NCBI GenBank assembly: GCA_963704435.1
Contig: OY969902.1
Location: forward strand, 270,001-302,000
DNA length: 32,000 nt
Reading direction: 5' to 3'
DNA from: an uncultured archaeon
GTDB taxonomy: Archaea; Micrarchaeota; Micrarchaeia; Micrarchaeales; CABMGC01
The notes beneath the pieces are model-generated. The model saw only the letters and a list, made by a program, of their open reading frames with translations, had not been told where the DNA came from and did no database searches. Of this stretch, positions 23,277 through 31,269 are shown one piece after another (position 1 is the stretch's first letter; the number at the start of each line of letters is the position of its first letter). A program made the translations under genes and the position numbers.

Positions 23277-23504
23277 CAGACGTATTGTGAAGGTTCAGAT
23301 ATTTAAATCTTATGTCTATTTTATTATCAAATATGATAATGAATAATACATATAAATACTAAATTGGCAACTGTGGCAATGCCTGATCAAAAGCGCGCCT
23401 AGATGACGCGATGACGGCTATGTCGAATTGGGAGCGCGACTCCCCGCTAGATAAGTCATTATGCAAAAATCTTTATTCTTGTATTTCCGATACGCTTCGT
23501 TACC

Positions 23505-24038
23505 ATGCCAAAAGTTGAAGTCGAGATTCGGAGCCTGATATCGCCTGCGGAATACGCTAGGCTCATGGGGTTCTTCAAGAGTGAGGGCCGGCTCGTCAGC
23601 AGGGAAAACCAGGTCACGCACTACCTGGACGACGCGGGCAGCCTGAGGATCCAGAGGAACGACTCCTTCGCGAAGCTCTGGCTTAAGAAGGGAAGGCTCC
23701 ATGATGCGGTTCATGAGGAACTCGAGGTGAGGTTCGGAAGGGGCGACTTCCCCCGGCTCGAGGAGATGCTCTCGGAAATGGGCTTCCCGGCAAGGACGAA
23801 GTGGTTCCGGCTTAGGCACACGTTCAGGTGGAAGGGCATAAGCGTCATGCTCGACAGGTCGAGGGGATACGGGAACATAATCGAGCTGGAGAAAATCTGC
23901 AGCAAGAAGGAGAAAGACGCGGCATTGCGGTTATTGGAAACCAGGCTCTCGCAGCTGGACATAGCCCGCACCCCTGAGAAGGAGTTCGACAGGAAATACG
24001 CCTGCTACAGGAGGAACTGGAGGAGGCTTACGCGCTAG
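23505..24038 (+). CDS. CYTH-domain protein (CyaB/ThTPase-like triphosphate tunnel metalloenzyme)
   Basis: 177 aa. N-terminal VEVEIRS is an ExExK-type motif (K to R). Alternating charged beta-strand pattern (LRIQR, LWLKKG, EELEVRF, RHTFRW, VMLDR, IIELE). Confidence 0.72.
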   Translation: MPKVEVEIRSLISPAEYARLMGFFKSEGRLVSRENQVTHYLDDAGSLRIQRNDSFAKLWLKKGRLHDAVHEELEVRFGRGDFPRLEEMLSEMGFPARTKWFRLRHTFRWKGISVMLDRSRGYGNIIELEKICSKKEKDAALRLLETRLSQLDIARTPEKEFDRKYACYRRNWRRLTR

Positions 24039-24049
24039 GCCTCCGCACC

Positions 24050-24673
24050 TCAGATCAGCTTCTTGTAGGTCAGGTATCTCTTCTCGGCGTTTCCCCAGTT
24101 TATGTTGTCCACGAATGCATTCAGGTACGCCGCCCTGTCTGGGCCGAACTTGTGGTAGTAGGCGTGCTCATACACGTCGACGACCAGCAGCGGAAGCGCG
24201 CCCGTTAGCCCTCCGACGTTGTGCAGGTCGAACAGCACATTCCTTAACTTCCAGTCAGTAGCGGCGTCGAGCTTGAGCACCGCCCATCCTCTGCTTACCT
24301 TCCCGCAGGCAACGAAGTCGGCCTTCCAGGCGTCGAACGAGCCGAAGTCCTCGATGACCTTCCTGGCAAGCTCGCCGTTCGCGTCGGCCTTTCCGTCGCC
24401 TCCCATAGAATCCCAATAGAGTTCGTGGAGTATCCCGCCGTTCGCGTTCCAAGTCTCCTCGAGCTTCAAGGCCCGGTACGCGCTGTAATTCGCGTTCGCC
24501 TTCGTGAGGTCAGCGGCCTTCAGCCCGGCCTCGACCTCGTTCCTCTTGCTGACGTACCCGGCGTAGTGCGTGTCGTGGTGCCACTTGTACGTCTCCTCGT
24601 CCATCACGTCCTTTACCTTGTCATAAGCGAAAGGCATCGGTTTCACGGCATGATTCGCATCAGCGTTTCCCAC
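24050..24673 (-). CDS. sod: Fe/Mn superoxide dismutase
   Basis: 207 aa. MPFAYDKV...YKWHHDTHYAGYV (HHxxHH region), WNANGGILHELYW, GWAVL and VVDVYEHAYY metal-ligand motif. Confidence 0.92.
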   Translation of the reverse strand: MGNADANHAVKPMPFAYDKVKDVMDEETYKWHHDTHYAGYVSKRNEVEAGLKAADLTKANANYSAYRALKLEETWNANGGILHELYWDSMGGDGKADANGELARKVIEDFGSFDAWKADFVACGKVSRGWAVLKLDAATDWKLRNVLFDLHNVGGLTGALPLLVVDVYEHAYYHKFGPDRAAYLNAFVDNINWGNAEKRYLTYKKLI

Positions 24674-24873
24674 ATTCTCACCTGCGAAACTTTCGCAGCC
24701 GCTTTATTTATTGTTTTGCTTTTGGATGCTGTCACTGTAGTTTTTGCATTTCTTCTGCAGGATTCGCGGGATAGCTTTCGGGACACTTTCACCAGAAAGA
24801 AATTTAAACCGCTAGTGCCATTACCTTTGGTACATTTGTCTAATGTTTTAGCAGGAATAGGTAAGGTGTTTGC

Positions 24874-25347
24874 ATGATCGAAAATTTTAAAATTGGAAAT
24901 AGTGTAGTACCGCAGCAGGACGGAATAGTACTTTTGGCTGGAACGGTCCCAACACTTATACAATCTTTCAATAATGCAGATGACATCGCACGCTTGAACG
25001 TGTTTAGGGAGAGCGGATGGCTAACAAATATCTCCTGTCAAAAGAAGGCAGGTTCCCTATCTATTTGCACGAACCTGTACAGGCTTGACTGTGGTAAAAC
25101 TCTAACCTTCGAGACTGTTTCCAAAGATCCAAAAATTGGTGAGGCTGTCGAGCAGTTTAGGGGATTGAAAAGAGAAGAAAAGCACCCACGTTTCTTCTTC
25201 ACCAATCACGACAGAGTGCCTGCATACGTCGTGATTATGTTGCTGAGAAACGAAATCAATGGCGATTTGCAGAAGGATGACAGGCAGATAATTCCGCCTT
25301 CCTCGAGTGTGGAAGGAAACGTATTCACTACAGCGAGCCCGCAATGA
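24874..25347 (+). CDS. Hypothetical protein (157 aa)
   Basis: Only sizeable ORF in an AT-rich spacer between sod and rpl10e. No recognisable motif. Confidence 0.3.
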   Translation: MIENFKIGNSVVPQQDGIVLLAGTVPTLIQSFNNADDIARLNVFRESGWLTNISCQKKAGSLSICTNLYRLDCGKTLTFETVSKDPKIGEAVEQFRGLKREEKHPRFFFTNHDRVPAYVVIMLLRNEINGDLQKDDRQIIPPSSSVEGNVFTTASPQ

Positions 25348-25444
25348 ACTGGTTTTTCAATCAGTCAGCGTTCTCAAATTGCTACCTTACTAGACAGTTA
25401 TAAATCTTTATATCATAATTATAGTGTAATTTTGGTGTTTCAGC

Positions 25445-25993
25445 ATGAAGCTTAGACCGGGAAGGTGCGTAAGGAAGATAAACAGCCAGGCGTGGAGCCG
25501 CTACTCGCTCAAGAAGCCGAGGAAGAACTTCATCAAGGCGCTGCCTAGGACGAGCCTGCTCATATTCAACATGGGCGCGAGGGGCAAGGCCTTCGACCTC
25601 GTTTTCAACCTCAACGCGAAGAGCGACGTTCAGCTGAGGTCCAATGCCCTCGAGGCGGCGAGGCAGGCTGCGAACAAGTACCTCGAGCGCGAGATACCGA
25701 ACAACTACTCGATGCGCGTGGTCACGTACCCACACAACGTGATACGCGAGAAGAAGTTCGCGACCGGGGCCGGAGCCGACAGGATATCGCAGGGAATGAC
25801 CCTGTCGTTCGGCAGGCCGTCGTCAGTGGCGGCGAGGGTGCGCGCCGGGAAGACGGTCCTGGAGGTCAAGGCCAATGCCGATAACAGGGCGATTGCCAAG
25901 GAGGCGCTGAAGAGGGCGTCGTCGAAGCTTTCAGGCACGTTCAGCATAGTTACGGTCGAGTCCGAGAAGGAAGCTCCGGCAGTCGGCAAGTGA
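25445..25993 (+). CDS. rpl10e: 50S ribosomal protein L10e (uL16)
   Basis: 182 aa. MKLRPGRCVRKI...WSRYSLKKPRKNFIKALP...IFNMG and ...YPHNVIREKKFATGAGADRISQGM match archaeal L10e. A TATA-like ttataaatc lies upstream. Confidence 0.9.
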   Translation: MKLRPGRCVRKINSQAWSRYSLKKPRKNFIKALPRTSLLIFNMGARGKAFDLVFNLNAKSDVQLRSNALEAARQAANKYLEREIPNNYSMRVVTYPHNVIREKKFATGAGADRISQGMTLSFGRPSSVAARVRAGKTVLEVKANADNRAIAKEALKRASSKLSGTFSIVTVESEKEAPAVGK

Positions 25994-26093
25994 CCGCCAG
26001 CCCGCGCTTTACCTGCGCCAGCCGTCTCATTTTTCCCAGTCTCACGCCAATCTTTATATACGTCAGAAGACAGATTCTTCAGTAAGCTATTGG

Positions 26094-27008
26094 GTGTTGC
26101 ATTTGCGGATACTCCTGCAGTTTCCAGAGGGCCTTAAGCCCAAAGCTCTCTCCTACGCCAGGGAGCGCGAGGCGAGCGGGGACGAGGTCATCATATCCGC
26201 ATCCCCCTGCTTCGGGGCCTGCGACCTTGCCATCGACGAGGCCAGGAGCGTGAGCGCGGACAAGCTGGTGCATTTCGGCCACGCCGAGTTCCAGAGCGCG
26301 GATTTCGACGTCGAGTATGTGGACTGCGCGTCCGACGCGCCGCTCGGGGTCCTGAAGGACTCGGTCGGGCCGCTCAGCGGCTTCGCCGCGATCTGCCTGA
26401 TGACCACGATACAGCACGTCCACCAGTTGCCTGAGATAGCGAGATTCTACGAGGCCGAAGGCAGGAAGGTGGTCCTGAACGCGCCGACCGGACGCACGAG
26501 AGTCCCCGGACAGGTTCTCGGCTGCGATGCAGGCAACGTCTCGGCGATTGACGGCAGCGTCGATGCATTCGTATATTTCGGCGGCGGGAACTTCCACCCC
26601 CTTGGCGCGCTTATGCAGACGACCAAGCCGTTCTTCGTTGTAGACCCCTTCCTGAACAGGGTCGAGCGCATAGACGGGCTCAGGGACGTTTACCACAAGA
26701 GGAGCAAAGGCAGGGTAGTCGCTTCGTTGGGTGCAAAGAACTTCGGTATACTGGTGAGCACCAAGAGCGGCCAGTTCAGAATGGACCTCGCAAGGTCGCT
26801 GAAAAAGCGGATAGAGGTCGCGGGGCTCTCTGCAGCAATACTGGTCTCGAATGCCTTTGATTTCGAATCCCTCGGGAACCTGTCTGAGGTCGATGCCTTC
26901 GTGAGCACGGCGTGCCCCCGGATCGCGACCGACGACGGGGAAAGGCTTAGGAAACCGCTGCTCAACCCGGACGAGCTGATCATCTCATTGGAAATGAGAG
27001 AGAAATAG
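26094..27008 (+). CDS. dph2: Diphthamide synthesis radical-SAM enzyme Dph2
   Basis: 304 aa. ILLQFPEGLK, ASPCFGACDLAIDEA, LVHFGHAEF and a later ..STACPRIA Cys match archaeal Dph2. A TATA-like ctttatatac lies about 35 nt upstream. Confidence 0.85.
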   Translation: MLHLRILLQFPEGLKPKALSYAREREASGDEVIISASPCFGACDLAIDEARSVSADKLVHFGHAEFQSADFDVEYVDCASDAPLGVLKDSVGPLSGFAAICLMTTIQHVHQLPEIARFYEAEGRKVVLNAPTGRTRVPGQVLGCDAGNVSAIDGSVDAFVYFGGGNFHPLGALMQTTKPFFVVDPFLNRVERIDGLRDVYHKRSKGRVVASLGAKNFGILVSTKSGQFRMDLARSLKKRIEVAGLSAAILVSNAFDFESLGNLSEVDAFVSTACPRIATDDGERLRKPLLNPDELIISLEMREK

Positions 27009-27015
27009 AAAAAAA
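27009..27015 (-). terminator. Oligo-T terminator of pilin gene 1
   Basis: The minus strand reads TGAAGGCTGCCTTTGCCTTTTTTT directly after the stop codon at 27030-27032. Confidence 0.4.
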
Positions 27016-27029
27016 GGCAAAGGCAGCCT

Positions 27030-27620
27030 TCAGGTCGCCTTCACCGTCAGCGTCGCCACCTGCAAGTAGCTTGTGCATGCGGCTATGCCGTTGAAGGTCA
27101 CAGCATTCCCGCTAATATAATAGGCCGGTCCCGTCGAGCCGCTGCCATAACACGCCCAGATGGACCCTGCCAAGGTAGCCCCGACCGGATATGACGTAGC
27201 CGGCCATGCGCTGATTGCGCCTGGCTGTAGTACGTTGAAGCTCAACGTTACCTGCGCCCCATTGGGAAACGAGATGCCGTTGATGGACGCCGTCGAACTT
27301 AGGAAGGAGTTTATGGGTACCAGAGGTATGCCGTTTATGGTCGTCCATCCCTGCGGCACGAATACGAACTGATAGGCTCCCCAGTTCGTTCCGGTGTCCT
27401 GTCCGATCGTCGCAGTCACCAGTCCTGACGTGTGCGAAAGGGATACGCTGCTGCAGTAGAATCCGGACGCCGCGATGCACGACGTGCCCAGCAGCGCGCC
27501 GCCGCTGAAGACGCCTATGCTGAACAGCGCGCCGAGGACGACTGAGATAATGAGTATGGCCCACCCATAGGTCATCAGGTATTCCATTGCGCTCTGCGCT
27601 TTTAGGAGTCTTTGATTCAT
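27030..27620 (-). CDS. Archaeal type IV pilin-like protein (class III signal peptide)
   Basis: The track ORF extends to 27650, but the likely start is ATG 27620, preceded by GAAAGGTG. MNQRLLKA/QSAMEYLMTYGWAILIISVVLGALFSIGVF has a basic leader, Q+1/E+5 and a hydrophobic helix. Confidence 0.75.
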   Translation of the reverse strand: MNQRLLKAQSAMEYLMTYGWAILIISVVLGALFSIGVFSGGALLGTSCIAASGFYCSSVSLSHTSGLVTATIGQDTGTNWGAYQFVFVPQGWTTINGIPLVPINSFLSSTASINGISFPNGAQVTLSFNVLQPGAISAWPATSYPVGATLAGSIWACYGSGSTGPAYYISGNAVTFNGIAACTSYLQVATLTVKAT

Positions 27621-27659
27621 CAATACACCTTTCAACTGTTTCCAATTCAATCTAAACCA

Positions 27660-27668
27660 ATTTAAAGC
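27660..27668 (-). promoter_or_regulatory. TATA-like box of pilin gene 1
   Basis: The minus strand reads GCTTTAAAT within the duplicated block gtaaagctttaaattggtttagattgaa, about 45 nt upstream of the ATG. Confidence 0.45.
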
Positions 27669-27773
27669 TTTACTTTTTCAAAAGTCAGGCCTCCGCGGCT
27701 GCTTTTATGCGCGGACTACAAAAAGGGCTTTAAGTCAACTGCTCTGCGAGTAAGCTATGCGCTAAGCCTGTGC

Positions 27774-27789
27774 AAAAAAAGAAAAAAAA
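27774..27789 (-). terminator. Oligo-T terminator of pilin gene 2
   Basis: The minus strand reads TGAAGGCCGGCTTTGCCTTTTTTTTCTTTTTTT after the stop codon at 27804-27806. Confidence 0.4.
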
Positions 27790-27803
27790 GGCAAAGCCGG
27801 CCT

Positions 27804-28364
27804 TCAGGTCGACTTTACAGTTAATGTTGCTATCTGCATCCATCCTGACGGGGAGCCCGTGCATACTGCCCCGAAAGTCGCTCCCGTTGCAGACGCAGCC
27901 CCGTAGCACATCCATATGGAGCCTGCGGTCGTCGTACCTACAAGCGCGTTCGACGCACCCCACACAGAGCTGCCTCCTGGAGGCACAACTGCGAGGTTTG
28001 TGTAGGTCAACTGACCCCCGCTAGGCAACGAAGTGCCCACCTGCTGGCCTACTGCGGGCACTTTCGGTATTCCCGAAGTGTCAACGCTCCATCCCTGCGG
28101 CACGTAAGCGATTCCATAGGCCGGCCAGTTCGTGCCCGTGTTCTGCCCCACGGTCACCGTTATCTGCCCAGTGGTGTGCGAGAGTGACAGACCGCTGCAG
28201 TAGAATCCTGATGCTGCGATGCACGACGTGCCCAGCAGCGCGCCGCCGCTGAAGACGCCTATGCTGAACAGGGCCCCGAGGACCACTGAGATGATAAGTA
28301 TGGCCCATCCGTAGGTCATCAGGTATTCCATTGCGCTCTGCGCTTTGAGTCTCCTTTTATTCAT
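27804..28364 (-). CDS. Archaeal type IV pilin-like protein (class III signal peptide), paralog of 27030..27620
   Basis: The likely start is ATG 28364, preceded by GGAAGGTG. MNKRRLKA/QSAMEYLMTYGWAILIISVVLGALFSIGVFSGGALLGTSCIAASGFYCS is near-identical to the paralog for about 60 aa, then diverges. Confidence 0.75.
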   Translation of the reverse strand: MNKRRLKAQSAMEYLMTYGWAILIISVVLGALFSIGVFSGGALLGTSCIAASGFYCSGLSLSHTTGQITVTVGQNTGTNWPAYGIAYVPQGWSVDTSGIPKVPAVGQQVGTSLPSGGQLTYTNLAVVPPGGSSVWGASNALVGTTTAGSIWMCYGAASATGATFGAVCTGSPSGWMQIATLTVKST

Positions 28365-28404
28365 CGCTACACCTTCCAACATTCACTCAATTCAATCTAA
28401 ACCA

Positions 28405-28413
28405 ATTTAAAGC
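28405..28413 (-). promoter_or_regulatory. TATA-like box of pilin gene 2
   Basis: Same duplicated block as at 27645-27680. Confidence 0.45.
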
Positions 28414-28414
28414 T

Positions 28415-29017
28415 TTACTTTTTGCCTTCAAAGGAAAGCAGCTCTCCTGCGGTGCTCTCTATCTGTATCCTCGCGGTGTCCTGCTTGCGCCTGAAATCAG
28501 GAACTATCGAGCTTGCGAACCTCATGGACCTAGTCGAGTCGTATATCTCCTTCATGAACTCGTAGTACTCGCCCGCGCGGTCGAGCTCCCTGTTGCGCAT
28601 CGCGTCTATCGCCTCCCTCTTCAGCTCCCCGACGAGGTCCATCATGCCGAGCAGGTATGCCACCTCGGACTCTCGCAGCTCCCCCTGGGACGGCAGCCTG
28701 CTCTCGCCCAACACGGTGTAGAACGCGCCCGCCTCGACGTACTCCTGGTGCGCCTGCAGCGAGTGGTACTCCAGCCCCTTCTCGATCTTCTTGAGCTGCG
28801 CCACCCTCGACCTGAGCTGCCTCATGAGCGCGGCCGCCTCCGCCTTCCTCTGCGCGTGCATCAGCGTTATCGCCTTCCCTGAGAGCCTGACTATCTCCCG
28901 GGACGCCGCCATGACGCTGTCCCTCCGCTCCTGCAGCCTCTCCAGGTGCTTCTCTATCTCGTCCATTCCGGCAAGCGTTGCCATAAGATCATCGTCAGGC
29001 CCGAGCTTCCGGGCCAT
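28415..29017 (-). CDS. Translin-family (COG2178-type) nucleic-acid-binding protein
   Basis: 200 aa, all-helical. YLLGMMDLVGELKREAID and the FRRKQD blocks resemble the translin signature. Confidence 0.65.
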   Translation of the reverse strand: MARKLGPDDDLMATLAGMDEIEKHLERLQERRDSVMAASREIVRLSGKAITLMHAQRKAEAAALMRQLRSRVAQLKKIEKGLEYHSLQAHQEYVEAGAFYTVLGESRLPSQGELRESEVAYLLGMMDLVGELKREAIDAMRNRELDRAGEYYEFMKEIYDSTRSMRFASSIVPDFRRKQDTARIQIESTAGELLSFEGKK

Positions 29018-29098
29018 CTAAGGATGCTCGCTTGGTGCTTTTCAACCTTTTCCTTCAGGAGGCGGAATCGAATGCGATCGGCATCCGCTGAGATTCAC

Positions 29099-29989
29099 TC
29101 AAGGAGGAGTGTACCCCGAAAGCCACGAGCCCGTGTAGATGACGTTGGTCGCTGCTCCGCCGTTGTTGTTTCCGCTGTAGTCAGTGGCGTTGCCGTTCAG
29201 CGGCCACCATCCTATAATGTGATACGGATCCACCGGAGCGGCGCCTATGCCCTTGATGTAGAGCGTCTGTATCTGATTGGCGTCGAGGGAGGTGTTGTAA
29301 ATCTGCAGATTCGCAAGGTCTCCTACGAATTTGTAATACGTAGGATAATTATATGCGAGCACGCCTATCAGCGCGCCGTAGGACGAAGGTACGCCTACCC
29401 CTCCAGAATACGCGATTTTGTTTTTAAGCGCACCATTCACGTATATGTAAAGGTACGATCCGTCATAGACGCCTGCCACCTGGTACCACGCGTTCATGCT
29501 TAGCGTGCCCCCCGATACGCTGTTGGAGGCCAGGTTCCATACTAGGAAGATAGGCACTCCGGTGTTGGACACATACAGATTGTAACCGTTGTAAGTGCCA
29601 CCGCTATCTCTCGAATTGGAGAACAGGTACTGGCTGTTGGGGCCTAGGCTCTGCGGATCCGCCCATATGGACACCGTCAAAGCGGTCGCAAGGTTGTTCA
29701 TCTGCAACGCATTGCTGCCCACATACACATAGCTCTGGCCGTTGAACTGCGCGACCTGCTGCGGCAGGACACCGCCGCACGTGCCCTCGAGGTTGGCCTC
29801 GCCCGACGACCGGAATATCTTGCAGTTCCCCGGAGGCGCGCGGGGGCCGATGTTCGACGATCCGAACGCGCCGACGCTGTAGAGCGCGCCGAGGATCACC
29901 GTGATTATGAGGATCGACCATCCGTAGGTCATCAGGTACTCCATCGCGGACTGCGACCTGATGCTCTTATGGAGTTCCGAATCCAGCAT
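29099..29989 (-). CDS. Type IV pilin-like protein with LamG (concanavalin A-like lectin) domain
   Basis: 296 aa. N-terminus KSIRS/QSAMEYLMTYGWSILIITVILGALYSVGAF. LamG_3 pattern LTVSIWADP...WYQVAGVYDGSYLYIYVNGAL...FVGDLANLQIYNTSLDANQIQTLY. Confidence 0.78.
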   Translation of the reverse strand: MLDSELHKSIRSQSAMEYLMTYGWSILIITVILGALYSVGAFGSSNIGPRAPPGNCKIFRSSGEANLEGTCGGVLPQQVAQFNGQSYVYVGSNALQMNNLATALTVSIWADPQSLGPNSQYLFSNSRDSGGTYNGYNLYVSNTGVPIFLVWNLASNSVSGGTLSMNAWYQVAGVYDGSYLYIYVNGALKNKIAYSGGVGVPSSYGALIGVLAYNYPTYYKFVGDLANLQIYNTSLDANQIQTLYIKGIGAAPVDPYHIIGWWPLNGNATDYSGNNNGGAATNVIYTGSWLSGYTPP

Positions 29990-30137
29990 GGGCTCATAGG
30001 ACTATCTGAAGGAAAGGATAAAACGGTATCGAAACGCGAACCCGCGGCTTTGTTCATCAAACCCATTCGGAGCAGCATCGGATTTTTCCGAGCGAATCGG
30101 TTAAATACATTGGTTTCCAAGCAATTGGCAGAGCTAC

Positions 30138-31256
30138 ATGGCAAAGGAATGGAGGGTTACGCCCTACGACGTCGAAGGCAATGTCGACTACGACATATTC
30201 GCGAAGGACTTCGGCATAAGCCTGATAGACAAGAAGCTCGAGGACAGGATCAGGAAGATCGCGGGCGGGACGCACCACCTGCTTAGGAGGCGGATCTTCT
30301 ACGCGCACAGGGACCTCGGCTGGCTGCTTGACGAGTACGAGAAGGGCAACAAGTTCTACCTGTACACAGGCATAGCGCCCAGCGGCTCCATGACCCTCGG
30401 CCACCTCATACCCTTCATGTTCACGCAGTGGCTGCAGGAGAAGTTCGGTGCGGAGGTCTACATCCAGATACCTGACGAGGAGAAGTTCCTGGCTAAGAAG
30501 GGGCTGAGCCTCGAAGAGGTGCACAAGCTGGCCTACGAGGACGCGCTGAACATAATGGCGCTGGGCTACGACCCGAAGAAGACCAGGATATTCTTCAACA
30601 CGGACTATGCGAAGACGCTGTACAAGCACGCCGTGCGCACCGCGAAGCACATAACCTTCTCTATGATAAAGGATGCGTTCGGGTTCACCAACGAGACGAA
30701 CGTGGGCTCGCTGTTCTACACGAGCATGCAGGCGGTGCCGGCATTCCTGAAATCAGTGGAGGAGGGCAAGAACGTCCCGTGCCTGATACCGCTCGCGATA
30801 GACCAGGACGTGCACTTCAGGGTAGCGCGCGACGTGCTCCCGAAGCTCGGCTACTACAAGCCCGCGATAGTGCACGCGAAGTTCCTGCCGGGCCTGGACG
30901 GCAGGCCGAAGATGTCGGCGAGCGACCCTAACAACACGATATACCTGGACGACGCTCCGGACGTCGTGAAGAAGAAGGTCTACCGCGCGATAACCGGCCA
31001 GCAGCCGACCGCCGAGCTGCAGCGCAAGCTCGGTGGGAACCCAGACAAGTGCGCGGTCTGCCAGTATTACCGCTTCCTGTTCGAGCCGGACGACAGGAAG
31101 CTCGAGAAGATATTCGAATCCGAGAGGAACGGCACCCTGCTCGCGGGCGAGCACAAGGCGGACCTCAACGACAGGATCAACAGGTTCCTAGTTGAGCACA
31201 GGAAGAAGAGGGAAAGGTTCAGGGAAAAATTGAAAACTTGCATCGTAAGCGATTGA
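30138..31256 (+). CDS. trpS: Tryptophan--tRNA ligase (archaeal/eukaryotic type)
   Basis: 372 aa. RRRIFYAHRDL, FYLYTGIAPSGSMTLGHLIPF (HIGH-like), QIPDEEKF, KMSAS (KMSKS). Confidence 0.9.
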   Translation: MAKEWRVTPYDVEGNVDYDIFAKDFGISLIDKKLEDRIRKIAGGTHHLLRRRIFYAHRDLGWLLDEYEKGNKFYLYTGIAPSGSMTLGHLIPFMFTQWLQEKFGAEVYIQIPDEEKFLAKKGLSLEEVHKLAYEDALNIMALGYDPKKTRIFFNTDYAKTLYKHAVRTAKHITFSMIKDAFGFTNETNVGSLFYTSMQAVPAFLKSVEEGKNVPCLIPLAIDQDVHFRVARDVLPKLGYYKPAIVHAKFLPGLDGRPKMSASDPNNTIYLDDAPDVVKKKVYRAITGQQPTAELQRKLGGNPDKCAVCQYYRFLFEPDDRKLEKIFESERNGTLLAGEHKADLNDRINRFLVEHRKKRERFREKLKTCIVSD

Positions 31257-31269
31257 TTCGGGACTTCCT

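Larger units (their letters stand above)
12301..23504. mobile_element. Putative accessory genomic island (TA modules plus T4SS-like operon); boundaries approximate, no integrase seen
   Basis: Lies between housekeeping genes (Nre-family, CYTH). All content is accessory: two AbiE pairs, AbrB-RelE and a T4SS-like operon. Spacers are AT-rich. A decayed copy of the CYTH 5' end sits near the right edge. Confidence 0.35.

Noticed and set aside
23434-23446. gcgcgactccccg resembles the 3' acceptor end of the tRNA-Pro gene (gcggactccccg), suggesting a tRNA-derived att remnant
   Set aside because: The exact match is only 9 nt and the adjacent sequence does not form a T arm. A 9-mer match is expected by chance at appreciable frequency in this window.
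27112-28308. Alternative-frame ORFs (177 and 75 aa) inside the two pilin genes
   Set aside because: They are Arg/His-rich shadow frames of genes with clear class III signal peptides and SD-like sequences.
30057-31154. Minus-strand ORFs (197 and 133 aa) antisense to trpS
   Set aside because: They lie within a motif-complete TrpRS gene and have GC-rich shadow-frame composition.
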